A stretch of 63,744 nt of DNA, filler included, from Eubacteriales bacterium (GTDB lineage Bacteria > Bacillota > Clostridia > Oscillospirales > CAG-382), in assembly GCA_045636665.1 (NCBI GenBank). It is 4 parts of 4 records of this genome, joined end to end, with 100 filler letters (N's around TTAATTAATTAA, not from the genome) between each part and the next. Parts side by side here need not be neighbours in the genome. Positions count along the whole stretch, not along the records: positions 31,067 to 56,489 come from JAZTXY010000117.1; 3 more parts are not named here. One strand, 5' to 3'. Shown in pieces: positions 47,337-55,844 of this stretch; the first letter of the stretch is position 1; every line of letters begins with the position of its first letter. A program made the position numbers and the translations under genes. The notes under the pieces are model-generated. The model was not told the origin of the DNA and did no database searches. It saw nothing but the letters and a program-made list of their open reading frames with translations.

Positions 47337-48113
47337 TTGGATAAGCGTAAAGTAATTTATTATACCGACGAATTAAACGACGAATTTTCGACCGCGCAGA
47401 TAAAAGCAAAGACTATCGACGGAAATTACGTTTATTGCCACAACTCGTTATTTAAAAGGTTTACCCGTTTTTTCTGGTATAGAATAATTGCAACGCCGAT
47501 TACGTTTTTTTATGTAAAGCTGTTTATGCGAAGAAAGGTTTTTGGGAAGGAAAGGCTTAAGCCGTTTTTAAAAAAGGGGTATTTCCTTTACGGGAATCAT
47601 ACCCACGATATAGGCGACGCAATGACTCCCACAACGCTTAATTTCCCACAGCAGAATTATTGCATCGTACACGCCAACAACGTTTCGATGCCTATTCTGG
47701 GGCATCTGACGCCATCGTTTGGCGCGATTCCCCTTCCCGACGATAAAGAGGCTTATAAGCATTTTATCGACTGTATTAATCGCCGTATCGGCGAAGGGCA
47801 TACCGTTGTAATTTATCCCGAAGCTCATATTTGGCCGTACTATACAAAGATAAGACCGTTTACCGACGTTTCGTTTCAATATCCCGTTAAGCTCGACGTC
47901 CCTGTTTTTTGCTTTACAAATACCTATCAAAAGCGCAAGCATTCAAAAAAGCCGAAAACGGTTACCTATATCGACGGGCCGTTTTTTGCCGATAAAGCTT
48001 TAAGCACAAGGCTACAGCGCAAGGATTTGCGCGATAAGGTTTATGACTGCATGTGCGAGCGCGCAAAAAATTCCAACGCAGAATTGATCAAATACATTAA
48101 AAGAGAAGATTAA
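47337..48113 (+). CDS. PlsC-like lysophospholipid acyltransferase
   Basis: GNHT...D and IYPEAH motifs; TTG start after GAGGTG. Confidence 0.78.
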   Translation: MDKRKVIYYTDELNDEFSTAQIKAKTIDGNYVYCHNSLFKRFTRFFWYRIIATPITFFYVKLFMRRKVFGKERLKPFLKKGYFLYGNHTHDIGDAMTPTTLNFPQQNYCIVHANNVSMPILGHLTPSFGAIPLPDDKEAYKHFIDCINRRIGEGHTVVIYPEAHIWPYYTKIRPFTDVSFQYPVKLDVPVFCFTNTYQKRKHSKKPKTVTYIDGPFFADKALSTRLQRKDLRDKVYDCMCERAKNSNAELIKYIKRED

Positions 48114-48114
48114 A

Positions 48115-48945
48115 ATGGTTAACGTTTTATTTTGTGGAAACGATAAGGTCTTTGACGGTATGCTCACCGCCGCCTTATCCATACTTAAGCGTACGGATTC
48201 AAACGAACCGTTTTGCTTTTATGTTTTCACAATGGATGTTTCGCATATAAAGGATAATTATTTGCCGGTTACAAACAGGCAGATGGATTATTTCGAAAAG
48301 GTTATAAAACGCTATAACAATGATAACCGCGCAGTGCTTATTGACGTAACGGATATTTATATGCGTGAATTCAGCGGTTGTCCGAACGAGGGCGCTTATT
48401 GCTCGCCTTACACGTTGATTCGTCTTTTTGCGGATATGATCGATTGTATTCCCGACAAGATTCTTTATCTTGATGCGGATATTATGTTTAACCGCGATAT
48501 TCATTTGCTTTACGACGTTGATATTAGCAATTACGAATATGCGGCGGCAAGAGATCATTACGGAAAATATCTTGTTAACCCGAATTACATAAACGCAGGC
48601 GTTTTGCTTTTTAATATGGCCGAAATTAAAAATACCGGTCTGCTTTGCAAGGCGAGAACGCTTATCAAGACAAAAAAGCTGACCTTTGCCGACCAAAGCG
48701 CAATAATACGCTCTACAACGAAAAAGAAAATGCTTCCCCAACGGTTTAACGACCAAAAGTTTTTGCACAAGCACACGGTTGTAAGACATTTTTCAAAGCG
48801 TTTGTTTTGGCTTCCCTATCCGCATACAGAGAATATCAAGCAATGGCAGGTCGAAAAAATACACAGTGTTTTCGGATATCGCCAATTCGACGATATTCTG
48901 AACGAATACCTTGAACTGAAAAAAGAATTTGAAAGGAGCGAATGA
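48115..48945 (+). CDS. Glycosyltransferase family 8
   Basis: RLF, LYLDAD (DxD), YINAGVLL.N, DQ. Confidence 0.85.
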   Translation: MVNVLFCGNDKVFDGMLTAALSILKRTDSNEPFCFYVFTMDVSHIKDNYLPVTNRQMDYFEKVIKRYNNDNRAVLIDVTDIYMREFSGCPNEGAYCSPYTLIRLFADMIDCIPDKILYLDADIMFNRDIHLLYDVDISNYEYAAARDHYGKYLVNPNYINAGVLLFNMAEIKNTGLLCKARTLIKTKKLTFADQSAIIRSTTKKKMLPQRFNDQKFLHKHTVVRHFSKRLFWLPYPHTENIKQWQVEKIHSVFGYRQFDDILNEYLELKKEFERSE

Positions 48946-50705
48946 CAGTGGAAAAGAAAATAGTGCCTATTTTTTATGCGTGTGATGATGCATTTGTTAA
49001 ATACACCGTTGTTTCGCTTTATTCAATGATAAAAAACGCTTCGAAGGACCGTTTTTATAAAGTACATATTTTACACACCGATATTTCGGACGAAATGAAA
49101 TCCAAGCTTGCGGCTCTCGGCAACGACAATTTTGAAATTTTGTTTGAAAACGTTTCGGAATATCTTGATGCAATTTCTCACAAGCTTCCGATACGCGATT
49201 ACTACTCCAAAACGACCTATTACCGCCTTTTTATTGCAGAAATGTTCTCGCAATACGATAAGGCGATATATATTGACAGCGACACAGTCGTTTGCGGTGA
49301 TATAAGCGAGCTTTTTGATACCGATATCGGCGATTGCTATGTCGGCGCATGTCACGAGCAGGCGATGGTGCAAACCAACGAATACGGCACTTATGCCGAA
49401 AAAGTTGTCGGCGTTTCGCGTCACAATTTCTTTAATGCGGGTATGCTTCTTATAAATTGTCTGCAATTCAGAAACAAAAAGGTTTTGGATCAATTTATTA
49501 AATATCTGCAGATTTACGATTTCGTCGTTACGCAGGACGAGGATTATCTTAACCTCATTTGCAAAGACCACGTTCATTGGCTTGACCAACGCTGGAACAC
49601 CGAGGTTTTTTGCGAAATTCCTTATCCGATTGAAGAAGCAAATATTTTGCACTATATTATGACGAGCAAGCCGTGGCATTACCCCGATTGCAAGCACGCA
49701 GACGTTTTTTGGAGATATGCCAAGGAAACCTCGGTTTATGACGCCATTGTCGAGGTTTTGAATAACTATACCGACGAAAAACGCGCCAAAGACTCTGAAA
49801 TCTTAAAAAATCTGTTACAGCTTGCTGTAAACGAAACAAACCGCGAGGATAATTATCTTAACCGAATAAACCTTACCCGCACAGAGGACAGAGTTAATAT
49901 ACTTAAAAAAATCGATGAATTTGAGCGGTCGGGACGTTTTGACGAAGACGTTGAGGACGATCCGCCAAGCCGCGAATTGATGCCCGATGAGATTGAATAT
50001 ATCCGTAACGGGCTTATCGACCGTATCAAGTCAAAATATGCTTACAAAATCGCACGGAAATTTGTTTACGGTCTTATTAAGGAAAGCAAATTTATTGTAA
50101 AAGATATTAAAGGGGTTGAAAACTTCGCCAATCTTCAAAGCGGCGCGATAATCACCTGCAATCACTTTAATGCTTTTGACAGCTTTGCAATACAGCTTGC
50201 GTATGAAGCCGCCAAGCAAAAGAAGCGCAAGTTTTACAGAGTTATCCGCGAGGGTAATTACACGTCATTCCCCGGCTTTTACGGGTTCTTGATGCGCAAT
50301 TGTCACACGCTTCCGCTTTCTTCCAACCGAAAAACAATGACAAAGTTCGTGAAAGCTACGAATCAATTGCTTAAGGACGGTCATTTCGTGCTTGTTTATC
50401 CCGAACAAAGCATGTGGTGGAATTACAGAAAGCCCAAGCCGCTTAAGAACGGAGCGTATATTTTTGCGGTGCGAAACAACGTTCCCGTGCTTCCCTGCTT
50501 TATCACCATGAAGGATTCCGACATTCTTGGCGAGGACGGATTTTTCGTTCAGGAATACACAATTCATATCGGCAAACCGATTTATCCCGACAACGATTTG
50601 AAATACAACGAAAGACTCGAACAAATGATGAACGAGAATTTCGAGGTATGGAAAACCGTTTACGAGCAGGAATATCAAATGCCGCTTGAATATTCAACCG
50701 AATAA
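48942..50705 (+). CDS. GT8 glycosyltransferase fused to a PlsC-like acyltransferase
   Basis: N-half YYRLFI, YIDSD, FNAG, QD..YLN, HY...KPW; C-half NHFNAFD (HX4D), YPEQ. Confidence 0.85.
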   Translation: MTVEKKIVPIFYACDDAFVKYTVVSLYSMIKNASKDRFYKVHILHTDISDEMKSKLAALGNDNFEILFENVSEYLDAISHKLPIRDYYSKTTYYRLFIAEMFSQYDKAIYIDSDTVVCGDISELFDTDIGDCYVGACHEQAMVQTNEYGTYAEKVVGVSRHNFFNAGMLLINCLQFRNKKVLDQFIKYLQIYDFVVTQDEDYLNLICKDHVHWLDQRWNTEVFCEIPYPIEEANILHYIMTSKPWHYPDCKHADVFWRYAKETSVYDAIVEVLNNYTDEKRAKDSEILKNLLQLAVNETNREDNYLNRINLTRTEDRVNILKKIDEFERSGRFDEDVEDDPPSRELMPDEIEYIRNGLIDRIKSKYAYKIARKFVYGLIKESKFIVKDIKGVENFANLQSGAIITCNHFNAFDSFAIQLAYEAAKQKKRKFYRVIREGNYTSFPGFYGFLMRNCHTLPLSSNRKTMTKFVKATNQLLKDGHFVLVYPEQSMWWNYRKPKPLKNGAYIFAVRNNVPVLPCFITMKDSDILGEDGFFVQEYTIHIGKPIYPDNDLKYNERLEQMMNENFEVWKTVYEQEYQMPLEYSTE

Positions 50706-50745
50706 AGAAAAGCCGAAAAGCTAAAACTTTTCGGCTTCTTTTTTT
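50706..50745. terminator. Bidirectional terminator
   Basis: AAGCCGAAAAG-CTAAAA-CTTTTCGGCTT plus T-tract. Confidence 0.8.
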
Positions 50746-51544
50746 ATATTTTGGATTCTGTAACGGAATACGGTGTTTTCAAGGCGTTAAGCGTTGATTC
50801 GACAGCGACCGCTTTTTCGTATTCATCCACACCCTCGGGCGCCCACGCGATATCCGAGATATCGCAACCGGTTACCGATGCGAAGAAGGTGAGCGCGGCG
50901 ATATATCTGCCCGTACCGAGAGATAGATGATAACCGTCGCGGTTGAGCGATTCTATTCGCGAGGTGCGAGCGTTCTGAATTGCGGTACCCACAGGGGTTG
51001 CAAAATCGAGATATTTTGTGTTAACGATATGGTTTTTCGTAATATCGCTTACGATTTCATACATTCTTGCGGTATCGCCGTTGAACGAAACGATTTCGGG
51101 ATGAGTATGCCACGACTCGCCTACCCAATGGCGGTTGAACACGATTTTTGCCTTTTCGGGCGCTATTTTTCTGATTTCCTCAACAAGCGGTGCCAATTTA
51201 TCATAATATTCAAGGTCGGTATTTTTGCTTCCGTCGATAGTGCCGTGCTGAAGAGCGATGATGTCCCAATCATCGCTCTTTATTGCGTCGACGTTGCTTA
51301 CCTCATAGGTGCAATTCCATTCGCCGTCCTTACCGAAGCTTTCGTAATATTCATATCCCTTCACGTTGCCGATAAGGTTTGAATAGTGACGTCTTGTCGA
51401 GCATCCGCCGATGTAAAGAACGGCGAAATGAAGATTTTTAACGCCCATCGAAAGTGCAACCTCGGGAAGATGCTGTGCTGTGTCGACAGAAAAGCTGTTG
51501 CCGACGAAAAGGATTTTAAGTGTTTCGGGAACGGAATTGTTCAT
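50744..51544 (-). CDS. SGNH/GDSL-like hydrolase (DUF4886-like)
   Basis: ILFVGNSFS, LYIGGC, WD...LQ, RDGYH. Confidence 0.75.
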   Translation of the reverse strand: MNNSVPETLKILFVGNSFSVDTAQHLPEVALSMGVKNLHFAVLYIGGCSTRRHYSNLIGNVKGYEYYESFGKDGEWNCTYEVSNVDAIKSDDWDIIALQHGTIDGSKNTDLEYYDKLAPLVEEIRKIAPEKAKIVFNRHWVGESWHTHPEIVSFNGDTARMYEIVSDITKNHIVNTKYLDFATPVGTAIQNARTSRIESLNRDGYHLSLGTGRYIAALTFFASVTGCDISDIAWAPEGVDEYEKAVAVESTLNALKTPYSVTESKI

Positions 51545-51562
51545 TATATTTTCTCCTGATAA

Positions 51563-52462
51563 TTATTTTATAAGCATTAACCACAGCGGAATTGTGGCAA
51601 CCGAAAACAAATGCGAAAGCATTGCGAGCTTTGCACCCGTTAAGCAATCCTCGTTTATTAGCTTCGGAAATACAATCGTATTGAGTCCGCACGGCATACA
51701 CGCCATCATTACCGCAGGCATCAAGACAAAATCAAGCGCAAACAGCTTTAAAAGCCCGTAAACAACCGCAGGAACGACAATCAGCCGCACTGCAACAAGT
51801 ATGTATACTTTTAAATCGCGCACAAGAGAGCCGATTTTAAACGCCGAGAGCGTTATGCCTACAAGAAGCATACTTAAAGGCGCAACACAAGCAGAGGATG
51901 AGCTTAAAACCGATGTGAAAATTTCGGGGATTTCTAATCCTGTAAGCCCGAAAACGATACCGAGTACAATCGCAACTGTCATTGGGTTAAAGAGCTTTTT
52001 TACCGTTTTTCCGTTGCCCGTGAGCATCGCATAACCAAAGGTATAGGTATAGATTGCAAAAGGAATGCAAAACAGAATCAAATCGGTCAAGCCCGATTCG
52101 CCGAAAATACTTTCGCACAATGCATAACCCATATATGCGTAATTCGAAAGGGTCAACGAATAGCGATAAACCTTTTGCTCGTATTTATCTTTTGTGAGCA
52201 GCTTTGCAACCGCAAGCGAAAACACAACAAGCAAGAGCAAAAGCGAAACCGACACGATAATCGTTTTGCCGTTTTCGGTAATATATGTCTTTGTGAAATT
52301 CTTTGAAAACGTGTTGAACACCTTTGCGGGCAAAAAGAGGTTTACAAGCAGAAAGGATATTATCCCCGTATGTGCTTGTTGCTCTTTTTTCCATTTTCCG
52401 AAGAAAAATCCAAGCAAAAGAAATATGTACAACACCAAAAGCTGTTTAACAATTATTAGCAT
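51563..52462 (-). CDS. AEC (auxin efflux carrier) family transporter
   Basis: LPA.VF, SN..YMG, NP, PLSM..VG, MP. Confidence 0.85.
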   Translation of the reverse strand: MLIIVKQLLVLYIFLLLGFFFGKWKKEQQAHTGIISFLLVNLFLPAKVFNTFSKNFTKTYITENGKTIIVSVSLLLLLVVFSLAVAKLLTKDKYEQKVYRYSLTLSNYAYMGYALCESIFGESGLTDLILFCIPFAIYTYTFGYAMLTGNGKTVKKLFNPMTVAIVLGIVFGLTGLEIPEIFTSVLSSSSACVAPLSMLLVGITLSAFKIGSLVRDLKVYILVAVRLIVVPAVVYGLLKLFALDFVLMPAVMMACMPCGLNTIVFPKLINEDCLTGAKLAMLSHLFSVATIPLWLMLIK

Positions 52463-52590
52463 AAAGCACCATTTTGAAACTTGATGCATTATTGTAACAC
52501 ATTTTTTTGATTAAAACAAGCACGTTACTATTGAAAGATGATATATTTAGTGATAAAATAACAAAAAACGCTGTTAAGGGATTATTTGCT

Positions 52591-53631
52591 ATGAAATTCA
52601 AATTTGATGAAGAATTTTTCAAAAATTGCTTTGAAGAAATAATCAACGTACCGAGCCCTGTGGGTTATTACGTTAAGTTAAACCCGATAATCGAAAAATA
52701 TGCCGCTATATTTGACGAAATGGTTACCTTTGACAACAAAAGCACCGCTTATATCACGCTCGACGGCGAGGATAATTCGAAAACCGTTCTTATCGGAGCA
52801 CACGCCGACACGATTGGGTTGGTCGTTCGCACGATCGATTCCGACGGTAAGATTCGCGTACGTCAGCTCGGCGGTGTGAATTATTGCAGTCTTGAGGGCG
52901 AAACCGCAACAGTGCACACGCGCGACGGTCGTGAATATACGGGTCTTCTTGCGTGTCAATCGCATTCGGTCCACGTTTTCGATGACGCGCGTACGCTTGA
53001 ACGAAACGAAAACACGATGATCCTTATACTCGACGAAAAGGTAAAAAGCAAGGACGACGTTCGTGCGCTCGGCATTCGTAACGGCGATTTTATTTCGATC
53101 GATGCGCGTTGCCAATTTACCGACAACGGTTATATCAAGTCGCGCTTTATCGATGACAAGGCGGCGGTGGCTTGCTGCTTTACGATGCTTAAATACCTTA
53201 AAGAAAATAATTTGAAGCCGAAATACAAAACCATACTTGCCTTCCCCTATGGCGAGGAAATCGGTTTGGGCGGCACCTATGTGCCCGAGGGTGTTTCGGA
53301 ATACGTTGCGCTCGATATCGGTCTTATCGGACCGGGCTATGACGGTAATGAATTTGCGGTAAGTATTTGTGCAAAGGATGCGACCGCGCCTTACGATTAC
53401 GAGCTTACGACAAAGCTTATCAATCTTGCCGAAAAGGCGGAATGCGATTATAACGTCGACATTTTCTATCGCTACGGTACCGACGGAAACGCGGCGATGC
53501 GTGCAGGCAACAACCTTCGTGCGGCGGCTTTCGGCATGGCGGTTTATTGCAGTCACGGTATGGAGCGTACCCATATTGACGGCATTAACAATACACTTAA
53601 TCTTCTTACTTCTTACGTTTTGGATATATAA
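52591..53631 (+). CDS. M42 family metallopeptidase
   Basis: PSP.GY, AHADT, SRFIDDK, EEIG, SHG.ER. Confidence 0.9.
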   Translation: MKFKFDEEFFKNCFEEIINVPSPVGYYVKLNPIIEKYAAIFDEMVTFDNKSTAYITLDGEDNSKTVLIGAHADTIGLVVRTIDSDGKIRVRQLGGVNYCSLEGETATVHTRDGREYTGLLACQSHSVHVFDDARTLERNENTMILILDEKVKSKDDVRALGIRNGDFISIDARCQFTDNGYIKSRFIDDKAAVACCFTMLKYLKENNLKPKYKTILAFPYGEEIGLGGTYVPEGVSEYVALDIGLIGPGYDGNEFAVSICAKDATAPYDYELTTKLINLAEKAECDYNVDIFYRYGTDGNAAMRAGNNLRAAAFGMAVYCSHGMERTHIDGINNTLNLLTSYVLDI

Positions 53632-53636
53632 TTTAG

Positions 53637-53668
53637 GGGTGTCGCAAAAGCGGCACCTTTTTCTTTTT
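53637..53668 (+). terminator. Rho-independent terminator
   Basis: GGTGTCGC-AAAA-GCGGCACC plus T-tract. Confidence 0.75.
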
Positions 53669-53672
53669 CCGC

Positions 53673-53701
53673 TTGACAAACGCGGTCTTTGAAGGTATAA
53701 T
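53673..53701 (+). promoter_or_regulatory. SigA promoter (small membrane protein and probably the tRNA locus)
   Basis: Perfect TTGACA-17 nt-TATAAT. Confidence 0.82.
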
Positions 53702-53730
53702 ATTTTAGGTAGTTTTGGAGGTAATCGTGA

Positions 53731-53991
53731 ATGAAAACAGCTTGTAAAATTGCGTTTTTTGTTTCTCTTGCCCTTGTTTTGCTTTTGGTTGCCGTTTTGA
53801 CCGTTTTTGCGGTTTCCGCAAAAAACGATAACACAAGCAGTGTCGGTATTATCGGCGGCGCCGACGGTCCTACCGCTATCTACGTAACAAGCTCTTTGAT
53901 TTTCGGCAACCCGCTTGTTTGGGCTTTGTGCCTTTGTGGCGTTCTTCTTATTGCTTCCGCAATCGGTTGGATAATTACAAGAAAATCATAA
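53731..53991 (+). CDS. Small two-TM protein carrying the Na+-decarboxylase beta-subunit signature
   Basis: SVGIIGGADGPTAIYV between two hydrophobic helices; RBS GGAGG. Confidence 0.7.
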   Translation: MKTACKIAFFVSLALVLLLVAVLTVFAVSAKNDNTSSVGIIGGADGPTAIYVTSSLIFGNPLVWALCLCGVLLIASAIGWIITRKS

Positions 53992-53996
53992 TATTT

Positions 53997-54145
53997 CGAG
54001 GTGTGGCGCAATCGGGGAGTTTTTCCGAGCACTGTCGGGGACAGATACAGCGAGGAAAAACGAGTGGCAGCAACTTGGCGATTGGCGAGCGATTTATAAT
54101 CGCGAAGATAGAGCCTTAGTTGCAACAGGAAGCGCGGGTGGTTTG
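53997..54145 (+). pseudogene. tRNA-Pro 5'-half pseudogene with an insertion in the D-loop
   Basis: CGAGGTGTGGCGCAATCGG ... AGCGCGGGTGGTTTG aligns with the adjacent tRNA-Pro CGGGGTGTGGCTCAGTTGG/AGAGCGGGTGGTTTG; similarity stops inside the anticodon. Confidence 0.75.
54016..54130. mobile_element. ~115-nt structured insertion (MITE/REP-like or intron-like) in the tRNA D-loop
   Basis: Two long imperfect hairpins; boundaries approximate; mobility is inferred. Confidence 0.55.
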
Positions 54146-54175
54146 CTTCGATTTGTAATAATTAAATATCATTAT

Positions 54176-54251
54176 CGGGGTGTGGCTCAGTTGGTAGAGC
54201 GGGTGGTTTGGGACCATCAGGCCGCAGGTTCAAGTCCTGTCACTCCGACCA
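54176..54251 (+). tRNA. tRNA-Pro (anticodon TGG)
   Basis: Cloverleaf: acceptor CGGGGTG/CACTCCG, D-stem GCTC/GAGC, anticodon loop TTTGGGA, GGTTCAAGTCC, encoded CCA. Confidence 0.97.
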
Positions 54252-54278
54252 AAAATCGCGGTTTTGACCGCAAAATCA

Positions 54279-54308
54279 AAGCCGTAAGGAGTATCCTTGC
54301 GGCTTCTT
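54279..54308 (+). terminator. Hairpin downstream of tRNA-Pro
   Basis: AAGCCGTAAGGA-GTA-TCCTTGCGGCTT. Confidence 0.65.
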
Positions 54309-54368
54309 GAAACTTTACTAACATTTTGTATTTGTTATACTAAGTCATAATTCTTATGTAACTTGTCA

Positions 54369-54397
54369 TTGACAATAGATAATCTACAATACATAAT
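54369..54397 (+). promoter_or_regulatory. Probable SigA promoter of the toxin-antitoxin pair
   Basis: TTGACA-17 nt-CATAAT. Confidence 0.55.
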
Positions 54398-54433
54398 ACT
54401 ATATAACAAATAATTCTAGGAAAGGAAATCGCT

Positions 54434-55822
54434 ATGGCAAAAGCAAAATATTATGCTGTAAAAAAGGGACACAAAATCGGTGTGTTTGAATCATGGGATG
54501 AGTGTCGAGAAGCCACAAGTGGCTTCTCTGGTCCGGATTATAGGGGCTTTTCAACTTTGGAAGAAGCGACTGCATATCTTAATGATGAAAACATATATAC
54601 GACTCAAATCGAAACCGATTTAAGTGAGGGATATGTAGTAGCATATACAGACGGTAGTTTTGACTCAAAAACAAATGATTTTTCATATGGAATTTGCATA
54701 ATCGACTTCGATAAAACAGAAACACTTCTCTGCAGTAAAATTTCTTATACCCAATTCGCTGAAAGCCGCAATATTGCGGGTGAAATCTTTGGAGTATTAA
54801 CTGCTCTTGATTGGGCTGTTTCAAATGGCTATGAGAAAATTAAGATTTACCACGACTTAGAAAGCATATCTAAATGGGCAACTGGAGAGTATAATGCTAA
54901 TAGCCCAATTTCTAAATACTTTGTAGAGACGCTTGAGCGTCGCTTCAACAATTATATTGAGTATGTATTCGTTAAAGTAAAAGGCCATAGTAACAATCCA
55001 TATAACGAAAAGGCAGATCAATTAGCGGCTAGTGCTTTTAGAGGCGAGAAAAAAGTGATTTCTGGTGCTAATTCATTTGCTGTAGACAATTTTGAGAAGT
55101 CAGATATTTATACAATCGTCGAGTTGATTAAAGAAGAATATCCTCAAATTAGCGATGAACGAAAAGCAATTTTAGGTGGAGAACAGATTAAACTTTATTC
55201 AAGCAAAAAAGTTTCCACTATGATCAAAATATATGATAACAAAAAGCTTCTTGTCCAAGGAAAACCCAATTCCATATATGAAATTGTATTGACTTATGTT
55301 TCTGAGATGCTAGGCGAAAAGAAGATTATTCCGTTAGTAAAACAAGCATACCGTATGAAAATTGACAAAGAAGCATTGGAATCTAACTATGCTAATCTCT
55401 GTGCTAATGTCCCCGAAACATACAGTGAGAGCATAAAAACGTTAATTAGACAGGCGTTAATTAATCTAAACGGGTATTTTGAAGCCGAAGAGTATGGACA
55501 ATATGCCTACCCTGCATTAAGAGCATTAGAGGGACACATTAAGTACTTGTTATTCAAGCATGGTATCACTATCGATAAAAGTTTTAATGTTTTTGACGGT
55601 AATCCAGCCGATGGGTATACCTTAACTACTCGAGCCATATGTGATCCTGACAAAACAAACATTGAACAGTGTTACAATTATTATGTAAAAACAAGGCATA
55701 AAATCTTCCATTTTGGAGATATACTTGGTGCAACAGATAACACCTATTTAATTTCCTCAAAAAATGAAGCTGATGAAATAATCAAAGAATCAATAAGGTT
55801 AATAAATAATTCTGTATATTAA
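54434..55822 (+). CDS. Fusion protein: viroplasmin/RNase H1 hybrid-binding domain + RNase HI + RnlA/LsoA-family HEPN toxin
   Basis: KYYAVKKG..G.F.SW.EC...GF.GP.Y.GF; YTDGS, N.AGE, YHD, VKGHS..YNE.AD.LA; KLLVQGK; YPALRALEG.IK; HEPN RHKIFH. Confidence 0.85.
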   Translation: MAKAKYYAVKKGHKIGVFESWDECREATSGFSGPDYRGFSTLEEATAYLNDENIYTTQIETDLSEGYVVAYTDGSFDSKTNDFSYGICIIDFDKTETLLCSKISYTQFAESRNIAGEIFGVLTALDWAVSNGYEKIKIYHDLESISKWATGEYNANSPISKYFVETLERRFNNYIEYVFVKVKGHSNNPYNEKADQLAASAFRGEKKVISGANSFAVDNFEKSDIYTIVELIKEEYPQISDERKAILGGEQIKLYSSKKVSTMIKIYDNKKLLVQGKPNSIYEIVLTYVSEMLGEKKIIPLVKQAYRMKIDKEALESNYANLCANVPETYSESIKTLIRQALINLNGYFEAEEYGQYAYPALRALEGHIKYLLFKHGITIDKSFNVFDGNPADGYTLTTRAICDPDKTNIEQCYNYYVKTRHKIFHFGDILGATDNTYLISSKNEADEIIKESIRLINNSVY

Positions 55823-55844
55823 ATATCGAAAGGGGTGAAACGGA

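Noticed and set aside
53880..54125. Short ORFs 53919-54119 (+) and 53880-54125 (-) over the tRNA-like element
   Set aside because: No RBS or motifs; the region is better explained as tRNA remnant plus structured insertion.
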